Shown here: positions 22,101 through 31,018 of the stretch, in pieces
Layout: each line of letters starts with the position of its first letter
Numbering within the stretch: position 1 is the stretch's first letter
DNA from: Camelus dromedarius
Taxonomy: Eukaryota
Assembly (NCBI RefSeq): GCF_036321535.1
Contig: NC_087459.1
Span: forward strand, 29,512,001 to 29,576,000
Length of the DNA: 64,000 nucleotides
Direction of reading: 5' to 3'
Translations under genes and position numbers: made by a program
The notes under the pieces: generated by a model
Told to the model about the DNA's origin: nothing
Databases searched by the model: none
The model's input: only the letters and a program-made list of their open reading frames with translations

Positions 22101-24764
22101 CTAGCATCCAGCCGCTGGCGTCACCAGAGAAGGCTCTTGCTTGGGCTGGTGGGCTGCAGCTTACGCTGATGCCATGTCTGTGCCCACAGGCCCTGCTGCC
22201 AGTCCTGGCAAGGAGAGGAATTATCCCCAACCTGCAGACGTTCTGCAACCTGGCCATCGGGTGCTGCAGGCCAGCGGATGGTCTGCAGCTGCTCGCAGAC
22301 ATGAAGGTGAGGGGGCCCGGGCCTGGGCAGGACCCGTGGTGTGGAAGAAGAAAGCTGGGTCAGGGAGGTGGGGGCCCTCCCAAAGCCCCAGACCTCTGCA
22401 GTCAGGGTAGACTGCTGGGGGGTGCAGGGAGTATGGGGTCACTCTAGCTTCAGGTGTAGAACAGTCATTGGCCCAACTTGGAAGAAGGTAGATGCTGGTG
22501 AGCCGCTGCACAGAGACGGGGTATCATGATCTTGAAGGTGGTGGCCTCGGGGTGAGATTGAGGCGTGGGGACAGGTCTCGGCCCCAGCCCTCTGAGGGAT
22601 GGAAGGTGTGGCTGGAGCAGGGCTGTATCAGAATTCTCGGGGGACAGAGGCTGCAGTAAATTCACGGGAGGTGGTCTGCCTGTGGTTTACCGCCTGAGTC
22701 CATTGTCTCAGAACAACACTGGTTCCTCTCCGGGCTCTTCAGGGCTGGGAGGTAGGGCCCTCAGCTGGGTGGGCTGGACCCACACGTGCTTTCCCTTTGG
22801 AGGGGGAGTGCAGCCCGTGGCTGCTACGAGGTCCTGCCCGTCTTGTCCCTGGTGGCTGGTCTGCAGAGCAGGCCTGACTGGCAGGGTCACGCCCCAAGCC
22901 TGACACGCCACAGCGGCCATCATCTTGCTGACTGTCTATGATGTTCCAGAGATCCCAGGTGACCCCCAACACCCACTTCTACAGCACCCTCATCAACGTG
23001 GCCCTGAAGAAGCTGGACTACACCTATCTTATCGACATCCTGAAGGACATGAGGCGGGACAGAGTCCCGGTGAATGAAGTGGTCATCCGCCAGCTGGAGT
23101 TTGCCGCCCAGTACCCCCCCACCTTTGACCGGGTACATGCCCCCGTCTCTTCACCAGCGCCCCCCCTGCCCCCGGGTCCGGCCTCCCGGGATGGGCGTCC
23201 CCTGGCTTTAAACTGACAGTGGCTCCCCTTGAGGAAAATCCCGAACTCCTCAGACCACAGCGTCCGCGTGGCTTTCATCTCAGGCCACGCTTCCCTTGGT
23301 TCACTGCGCCAGTCCCGCTGGCCTTTGCCCACTTCTGGATAACACCGGCCTCTGCCCTCCCCCCTGAATAGGCGCCCCTGCCCGTCACGTGTCTGGTTCC
23401 TTCTCACCCCGTAGGTCTCGGCTTAGCTGGCTCTTTCTCCACGTGGTGCTGTGCCTTTCCCCAGCTTCCCAGCCTGTAGTTACGTGTGCACGTGTGTGAC
23501 TCTCGCCTTGAGATCATCAGCCCCTGGAGGTGGAGACTGTCTCCCTTGCTCACCTGGGTCCCGAGTGCCTGCCCATTGTCCGGTGCCCGGTGTAGACTGT
23601 TTGTCAAGTGAACAGGACGGCTGGGCAGTGATGGACCTGATTTGTAACGGCCGTTCCTCTCCCTCATTCTGAGGAGTCAGGGATGGCCGTGCAGGGCTGT
23701 TTGAGTGCCATTGTTAAGACTCAGTGAGGCTGCCAGGCAGAGGGCATAGCTGGGCATCTTTGAACAGTTGACTGTTAGTGTTGTCTTACTGATTCCTCAG
23801 AGTTCTTTATATATTCCGGATGTCAGTCTTTTGTTGGTTCCATGTTGCAAGTAACTTCTAGTTAGTTGTGTCCACTCTGTGTGGGGCCCACAGTCAACAG
23901 TCACCAAACTCCCATCGGCTTGAAGCTGATCGTGTTCAGTCACACATTCCTGCTTCCTTACGGTGGTGGGCTCATTTCTGCTTGCGATGGTCGTTCTGCT
24001 CCCTGTACATCTAGGCTATATTAGGTACAAGTTTAGAGGTGTTCAGTCTTTTGAATCAACCCTTTTGTCATCACGTGGTAAGTCTTTGTCAGACTTTTTT
24101 GGGTTTTTTGGTGTATTCTTCTACCCACTTTCTCTTGGCATCTGCCTGGCACACTGTTTCCTTTTCTCCCACCACCTCTGCACAGAGAACACGGCAGCAG
24201 TGCTGAGGGGACGGTCAGCAGGGAGCAGCGGGCACAGGGGGAGGCGCTCAGCAGACTGTGGGGTCAGTTTGTGGCACCCAGCGATTGTAGCTGTGGGGGC
24301 TGGGGTGCTATCCTGGGTATAGGAGCCCAGCTGCACATACTTAGGAAGGATGGTTAGCAGATGGGAGTCTGGGCCCGCCCCACAGTACAGCTTTGTTTCT
24401 CCATGGCACACTACTCAGTATTGAACGGCATTTCTGCCCTCTCTCTTGACCATCTGGAAGCCGGAACAGCTTCCCTGAGGCCTGAGCCAGCTGCCATGAT
24501 TTGGGCTGAGCTGTATGTAACATGCAACAAGTCTAATCATGGCCCCCCTGAACCCGGAACCCCATGCTTTTCCAATTACAGTACAAAGGGAAGAACACCT
24601 ACCTGGAGAAGATCGATGGCTTCCGAGCTTATTATAAGCAATGGCTAAAAGTGATGCCAGCAGAGGAAACCCCCCACCCATGGCAGAAATTCCGAACCAG
24701 ACCAAAGGGAGAGCAGGACACCGTCACCGTGGCTGATGTGGACAGAGACCCTGGGGGCCAGTGA
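15628..24764 (+). CDS. PTCD1: PTCD1, mitochondrial pentatricopeptide repeat protein 1 (708 aa); multi-exon gene span
   Basis: join(15628-16101,17509-17649,17976-18194,18950-19051,20858-21565,22190-22306,22950-23132,24582-24764); all phase 0, GT-AG; PPR motifs ([40 protein letters not shown]); C-terminus [21 protein letters not shown]. Confidence 0.96.
16330..17330 (+). mobile_element. L2 fragments interrupted by an old L1 3' end (about 16770-17010)
   Basis: L2-type CAGCCACCTC..GCACACTCCTGCTTCAGGGCCTTAGCAC and L1M-type GATTGGCC..TACACTGTTCTCTCTCCTTTTGTGTA..TTTCCATAAT motifs; bounds approximate. Confidence 0.5.
17509..17649 (+). CDS. PTCD1: PTCD1 exon 3
   Basis: [16 protein letters not shown]...KKAFRLYND|gtgagc, 141 nt. 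Confidence 0.95.
17976..18194 (+). CDS. PTCD1: PTCD1 exon 4
   Basis: [20 protein letters not shown]...CLDVFK|gtgggg, 219 nt. Confidence 0.95.
18950..19051 (+). CDS. PTCD1: PTCD1 exon 5
   Basis: [34 protein letters not shown]|gtctgt, 102 nt. Confidence 0.94.
19905..20030 (-). mobile_element. MIR SINE (clearest of many MIR fragments, e.g. 15340-15520, 18520-18630, 33365-33496, 47450-47610, 57310-57420)
   Basis: CCCCATTTTACAGATGAGGAGGCTGAGGCTCACAGAGGTTAAGTAACTGCC..GGGATTTGAACC is the reverse complement of the MIR core. Confidence 0.8.
20858..21565 (+). CDS. PTCD1: PTCD1 exon 6
   Basis: [21 protein letters not shown]...RRGDLEGAK|gtgagg, 708 nt. Confidence 0.94.
22190..22306 (+). CDS. PTCD1: PTCD1 exon 7
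   Basis: [39 protein letters not shown]|gtgagg, 117 nt. Confidence 0.94.
22950..23132 (+). CDS. PTCD1: PTCD1 exon 8
   Basis: [16 protein letters not shown]...QYPPTFDR|gtacat, 183 nt. Confidence 0.94.
24582..24764 (+). CDS. PTCD1: PTCD1 last coding exon
   Basis: [37 protein letters not shown]...PGGQ*. Confidence 0.94.
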   Translation, partial: YKGKNTYLEKIDGFRAYYKQWLKVMPAEETPHPWQKFRTRPKGEQDTVTVADVDRDPGGQ

Positions 24765-25194
24765 TGGGGAGACCCTGGGGACCCCCAGCAGAGCTGGAAC
24801 CAAGTGCGCAGCCTTCCCAGGGCTTTGGGGGAGCCCCAGGAGTCCCTCTCATGTAAAAGACTCACGAATGTGCTGCTGTAGCTGCAGGTATGAGGGGAAA
24901 GGTCTGGTCCAGGACAAAGTGAGAGCTGCAGCCCTTCCAGGCATTGGTCTGAGGACAAATGCTGGGCCCCGTGTGCCCAAGTTCATGGCACGTCCCAGGG
25001 AGCATGGGCCACCATGGTACACCATCTCAGGCCATCCTCACCTGAGAGGTTGTCACCCCCATCACTGATGAGGAGAGTGAATCTGCTCAAGGTGGAGTTG
25101 TCCTAAAGGCAACTGGTCTCCAGGGCCTGGTGCTGTCCCACTGGGTCCCACTGGCTCTGAGAGAAGGAGTGCAGGGCCCAACAGGTTTAAAAGT

Positions 25195-25200
25195 TTTATT
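25195..25200 (-). terminator. BUD31: AATAAA poly(A) signal of BUD31
   Basis: TTTATT on + strand, about 175 nt after the stop codon. Confidence 0.8.
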
Positions 25201-25373
25201 TCTACAAATCACAGCTGATGAACACCAAAGCCTTCGCATGTAGAGACCATGCTCCAACTCGGGCCTTGGGTGCCACTCTGTGGGTAGAGCTGCTTCCAGG
25301 AAAGGGGCAGTGTGACAGGCAGACTCCTGCGCAGCCAAGAGTCCAGGGCGGAGGCAGTCACGGTGCAAGGGCC

Positions 25374-25424
25374 TCAGCCGGAGCAGCCCCGGCAGCCGCA
25401 GTGCGTGCATTCGATGATCCGGCC
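25374..25424 (-). CDS. BUD31: BUD31 last coding exon
   Basis: cag|GGC CGG ATC...GGC TGA = [16 protein letters not shown]. Confidence 0.96.
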   Translation of the reverse strand, partial: GRIIECTHCGCRGCSG

Positions 25425-28400
25425 CTGCGGACGGAGGACAGAGGACAGCTGAGCCACCACGCCCCCGCCACGTGCCGCACACCCTTGTGCAGGTGTCCTC
25501 CTGCAGGAGGGGTGGCCACAGGACACTTACTGCCTACAGGACACTCAGAAACCCTCTGTGACAGTTCTGGATGGGGAGAATTCCGTTCCCTTGTGATGGT
25601 GGAAACTGCTACTGCTGATAAACTGAAGTTACAACTTTTAAGTGTATTTAATTTATGCAAATTCAGTGTACACATTTGCTCCCAAAAAAGGAAAACAATC
25701 TGTCTGAATGATTCTTGTTATTCTGTGAGGCAGAGATACCATGCAGTGAGCGGAGGCGGGTCTGCTACTGCTCCAAGGGCTCAGTGCCAGGGGCCCAGGG
25801 CCGCCTCTGGGGAAACTTTCTAGTGGGGTGTGGGGAGAGAGACGGTGTGTTCCAGAATCTGTGGCAGCAGAACAGTCTCGTCCCCCAGGCCAGGTGTGGC
25901 CTAATGTCTGGCCGAGGGCCTGCCCCAGAGCAACAGTGTTCATCATCTTCCTTTTTCCTCTTATTTTGGAGGAGCAAAACCCTTGTCTAAGCAAACAAGA
26001 TCCGGTGGTGAAACCCAAGCTAAATCCAAAGCAGGCTGTTCTGGCCACGGGGCTGGGGCAGCACCCCAGGTAGATGTCGCCATGGAATCCCGGGGGTCCC
26101 AGAGGAGCAGGGCTTCTGCTGCCCCGCTCCGAGAACCAGCAGCAGCGCCTTCCCTCAGGGAGGCGTCCCTTGCTTGCTCTCCATTGCTCAGTGTGCCTGT
26201 CCTTGAACTTCCAGATGATTCTGGGTGACACAGCTGCCTGCTGAGCTAAAAGCCCTTGGCCCAAAACCGAAGCTCTACAAACTGTAACTAGGGCTGCAGC
26301 GGGAAGGGACCTGATGACATGAAGGGAACTGGTGATGAGGGACCCTGTGGAAGAAGCCACCTGGGCTGAACTCAGCGGGGCCCACAGTGGTCAGCTGAGG
26401 GGCTACACTCAAAGGCCATTCTGGCCTCCTCCTGCAGCCCCACTTTGGGAGGCGCTGGTGCCTGGAGCTCAGCTACCGCACACCCAGGACCGTCCCCGAG
26501 CCACCCAGCCTAGCTTTGGGACAGGAAGTTCTGACAAGGAATGCAGTGATGGCAGGAGGGTGTAGCCCAGTGGTGGAGCGCGTACTCAGCATGCATGAGG
26601 TCCTGGGTTCAATCCCCAGTACCTCTACTTTTTAAACAAAGAAATGCAGTGATGATAATGTTAACGTGACACTGGGAAGGACAAGAGGCCTGCAGAGTAG
26701 GGTGGCTGAAGGGCAAGCACTAGGGGAAGATGGACGCCTCCTGCCAACTGGCCCACCCTCCCCCCGACTCAGCCCTCATGGCCACCTTGTGGGGGGTCGT
26801 CACCCCCACTTTGCAAGTGAGAAAAGGAGCCCAATAATTTGCCCACAGGAGTTGAGACTGGCCCCCAGACCTAACAAACACGATTACTGCCAAGCTGCCT
26901 GGTACAGCTCCCCCAACAGAGGGACTCACTCCTGGGGTGTGGGGGTGGCCATTAGGACATCCAGCCACAAAACTACATTCCAGCCCAACAAAATAACAAA
27001 GTCCCTTGCGGTCAACTAGGGCAGAACCCTGAACAGAGAGTAACGTCAAACTCAATCGTCAGACATTACGGGGTTGGGGGAGGGCGGCATTACCACTTCC
27101 AGCTTGCTTTTGGGGACCCGGCAAATGCAGTTTGTCCCAAAATTGGTGTCCCGTGTCTGAATGCACCGCAGGCAGCATAAGTTCTCGTAGCCCTGCTTTT
27201 TCCATTTTGCGATCAGGTTTTTATCTGCGTAGCCTTCCTTAATACAATATTCATAGAGTTCTGTCAAAAAGATGGGGAAAGGGCATCACACCATGGTCTA
27301 ACAAAGCTCCCCCAACCCATCACTACCCACCCGTAAAAAGTATTTAGTGGGGAGGGTGTAGCTCAGTGGTAGAGAATGTGCTTACCATGCACGAGGTCCT
27401 GGGTTCAATCCCCAGTACCTCCATCAAAGTAAATAAATAAATAACCTAATTACCCTGCCCCAAAAGTATTTAACCAATACTGCCCCCTTGCCCCTTTTTG
27501 GTGGCAAGAAAAGTGACATTTGCTGAGCTTGCAAGAACTACTTAAATTTGAAAGCCACTCAAGTTGGAAAGGCCAAGAGAATCTGTCCAGGTACCTCTGC
27601 TTATAGCTTTCCGCTTGTAGAAGAGGTCAAAAATATAGCGGGTTTTCTGGTGGTGTATCCTGAAGATGGGCCACAGAGATTCCACCTTCCTCTTTCCCTC
27701 ATGAGGCTCTGTTTCAGCTGGGGAGGAAACACGTGTGTTTGTTTTGGTTTGGGAGGCAGGGTTGGTCTGCACAGGATATAGTGGTTTTTTTTAATAAGAA
27801 GGGATAAAGAATAAATCCTACTTCATACCCACTAGGATAGCCGTCATCACACCTTTTGCATGTAAACACTCTCCCTCCAAAAAGTCATCCCTTAAAACAG
27901 GAAGACTTATTTTCAGGGACTCATAAAATATTTCCTATTACAACAATCTCCAAGTTCCTTTATTCTGAATAAGGACCTGTTTGGGGAAGAAACCTCCTAG
28001 CCCAAAATGCCCTTGATTACTGCAAGTTCTAGGAATCTAAGAGAACTACCTGATACAATCAGCTTCAAAAAAAAGGAAGCAAAGTAGTTTATGACTCACT
28101 CAGTAGTTGTTGCTGGAGGTATGACTTAATAATAATGGTTAGATTAGTTACCAAAAACCTCAAAAAAAAAAAAAAAGATTGCTTTAAAAAACAATTCAGT
28201 AAATGTCTATACTGCGATTATAAAGCCAACAGATGCTTATGGCTTCAGATAAAATTTCCCTGAACTGTCCACTACACCGATTACAAAGTGCAGGATCACA
28301 CAACATTTAGAGGGAAGTAAAGGTGGTGCATTCTGGAAAACTGGCAGATGATGCAAAAACAAAGTGATGATGAAAACAATCAGACTCACGAGAAAAATCT

Positions 28401-28869
28401 ACATAAAAATGTTTCAAAAAATGTGGAAGTGAAAAAGAACAGGCTTTCCCAAGTAAATGTACTCTGTATGACTTCAAATATACCTCCAACAGAGTAAATA
28501 ATTATAGGTAGACTATTGGATCTATACTCCCTAAAACTTTTACTTAAATTGGCCCCAAAACATTTTTGAGGGCTTTCTGTGAGTATTGTATGACGTTCTG
28601 GCATTTCTGGTGCTCTTATGAGTTAATACGCAAACAAAGCCCATCAGCGTCAGGAGGCCACAGTGGTACTGCCTGTCACTTCCCATGTGTAGCTGCATTT
28701 GTGCCTGGCGCCTGGGGGCATCTAAGCCGGAGACCCTGGGACACGGCCCACCGAGACAAGAACTCCTCCACTCACCTTCTCTCATCTTTTGATCTAATTC
28801 ATCCAATGTTGGCTCAATCAACTCCCAGCCATCTGGGGGAGCCTTCCGGCTTCTTTTGACTTTAGGCAT
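25374..28869 (-). CDS. BUD31: BUD31 (G10), spliceosome-associated protein, 144 aa; multi-exon gene span
   Basis: join(28776-28869,27595-27717,27094-27260,25374-25424) = [22 protein letters not shown]...[22 protein letters not shown]...[11 protein letters not shown]; 144 codons plus stop. Confidence 0.98.
26552..26642 (+). mobile_element. tRNA-Ala-derived SINE (camelid Vic-1-like), short tail
   Basis: tRNA-Ala-like head with A and B boxes; 12-bp direct repeat AATGCAGTGATG at 26540-26551 and 26643-26654 (target-site duplication). Confidence 0.85.
27094..27260 (-). CDS. BUD31: BUD31 coding exon 3
   Basis: (E)[32 protein letters not shown]...KLEV|gtaatg, 167 nt. Confidence 0.96.
27347..27461 (+). 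mobile_element. tRNA-Ala-derived SINE (camelid Vic-1-like)
   Basis: A box TAGCTCAGTGG, B box GGTTCAATCC, (AAAT)n-CCTAATTACC tail; perfect 11-bp TSD AAAAGTATTTA at 27336-27346 and 27462-27472. Confidence 0.9.
27595..27717 (-). CDS. BUD31: BUD31 coding exon 2
   Basis: (A)[40 protein letters not shown], 123 nt. Confidence 0.96.
28776..28869 (-). CDS. BUD31: BUD31 coding exon 1 (acceptor at 28899-28900, 29-nt leader)
   Basis: [31 protein letters not shown]|gtgagt, 94 nt. Confidence 0.96.
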
Positions 28870-30314
28870 TTTTTCCCTGGAAGATAACTTGCAAAAATCT
28901 GTCGGGAAAAAATTACATGAATTGGTTTCTGAGCCTCAGGTCCCCAAAGGACTTCACAAGCCACAACTTTGGTGTACATTCATATCCCTAAATCTGTTTC
29001 CTCATCTGTAAAATGGGGATAATAGAATCTACTTCATAGGATTTCATAGGATCATTGTGAAGACTTAATTATAATTATACATAACATGAATACACACATA
29101 ACACTTAATGTGTGCTTAATAGATTTTTGCTGTTACTAACTGACATCAACTATGAGCCGGTCCCTGTCTCTGTACTGGAAATACAGAACAAACAATAAGA
29201 TACAACCTCTATTCCTGAGAAGGTGATATTCCAACAAGGAAATAAAAAGTGAAAAGGGAATTACAATACAGTGTGAGGTAGACTATGACTGGGAGAGGAG
29301 AGAAGATGAGGGTTTAAAAATGGAAAGACAGTGTAAAACCAAAGTACCTTAGGACCTGTTTCCCAAAAGTGTAACAGAAAGATCTCTGGTCTCTTCAGTT
29401 ATAGGTTTAGGTTCTTATCCAGCTCTACCAATTACTCTGTGATTTGGAGGAGGTCACATTCGCTCTCTGGTTCTCAGTCTCATCTGTAAAACAAGAGCAG
29501 TGTATTAGCCTGATTGCCGAGATCTCTTTTACACTCAACCAACACACGACATAAAGGCAAGTCACGTAAAGCCATGTAAAGCCCATCCAAATTTACATAG
29601 CAAGTCATTTTTCAAACCACATAGTATTTACCTGCTGGCAAAGAGAACTCAGGTTAATTATTTCTTATCTTTTAGCAAAGCAGACTCCTCTCTCCCAAAT
29701 TCATTCAGTTCCTCCCTACTGTAGGGTGCCTGACAAGTTTGTAAAGCCCCGCCCCATCCTCTTTCCATGAGTTCTTCCTAACAATCCTACTGATGAGGAA
29801 TCAGACTACAAGAGGTAAGCTCGGGGTCGCACACAGTTGGGAACTGACAAGAGTCTGGGGGCTCCTGACTCCCAAATCAGGGATCTCTGCACTTGTCTCC
29901 CCTGCGCTGAAGCTAGAGATGGATGGAATCCGGTCCCTGTCCCAAAGCGCGCGGGCTGAGAGGGCAAACACGGGAATGACCACTTTGCTATGACCCAGGG
30001 AGATTCGAGGCCTTGGCCCAGGCGGGGAGTCAGAAGAGGCCTCCCAGGAGAGATAACATTTAAGAAGTAATAGATCAAAAAAAAAAAAAGAGGAGTGGGG
30101 CGGTATAATAGGGGTGGTGGCGCTCGGGAGAGGCGGCGAGAGACGTTCGGAGAGAGGGAAGACGTTACAGCCGGGGATGTAAGAAAGGCTGATAAAGACA
30201 ATGGCATCTGAACCAGGCTTACACAAATAAGTAGTTATTTAGACAGAAAACTACCAGCGGAGAAAAGAGCATGGGGAAAAAAAGAGGGAAAAGCCTAAAA
30301 GCAAGAGAACCCCC

Positions 30315-30352
30315 AAATCTCCCATCCTTTCAGAAATCTCCCATCCTTTCAG
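30315..30352. repeat. Perfect 2 x 19-nt tandem repeat
   Basis: AAATCTCCCATCCTTTCAG twice. Confidence 0.9.
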
Positions 30353-30390
30353 CCTAACAGGCAAGGCGCCGCCTCCCCTCGGGAACTCAC

Positions 30391-30497
30391 CTCGACCTCT
30401 CGGTCCACAGGCCCGAGCCCGTCCTACCCCAGCCGTTCAGATCGCCCTCTGAACCAATGCAGACCTGCGATTCCCGGCCCCAGTCGTTACCAAGGTA
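30391..30497 (-). other. BUD31: Candidate BUD31 non-coding 5' exon
   Basis: Pyrimidine tract + cag acceptor at 30498-30499 and GAG|gtgagt donor at 30390-30385 inside the CpG island. Confidence 0.45.
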
Positions 30498-31005
30498 CTG
30501 GAGCACAGAGAAAAAACACTCACCAAAACCTCGGCCACCGTCGAATGCCCCTTCTCTATAGACAGCTTCCGCCTCCCCAGCGATCCCATCAAGATAATCA
30601 CATCAGGGTGAGGTCCTCGCGAAGCCCCGCCCCACCGTGCGCGGAGATTGCGTTATCTTAGGTGTCCACAGCTCTGCCTGTATAGAATTCCAGAACCGCT
30701 GTTGCCTTTTGCCCTCACTTCCCGGGGGGAAGTGACTAGCAGGCTCGCGCGCCTCCCCAGGCGAGGGGGTACTGAGGACGTTGTTGCCCGGCAGCGCGCA
30801 GGCAAGCCTGGGCTCAGGCGGTGCGTGGGACAATCCTGTTTGGCGTTCAGGCCTCCCTGAGGTCCCCGGTCTTAGCGGAGACGGCGGCGGCGGCGGCGGC
30901 GCGCTTAGAGGAGGAGGGTCTAGCCGGGTGGAAGAAGTCCAGCCCGAGGTGTTTCCGCTTCCGGTGTCAGTTCGAGGCGCCGCCGCCGCAGCCGCCGGAG
31001 CCGCG

Positions 31006-31018
31006 ATGCCTAAAGGAG
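31006..31018 (+). CDS. PDAP1: PDAP1 exon 1 coding part
   Basis: ATG CCT AAA GGA G|gtgagg. Confidence 0.92.

Noticed and set aside
27347-27425. tRNA-Ala genes (also about 26555, 50555-50629, 56750-56826)
   Set aside because: tRNA-like heads carry a SINE tail and TSDs, have mismatched stems and variable anticodons (ACC, AGC), so they are SINEs.
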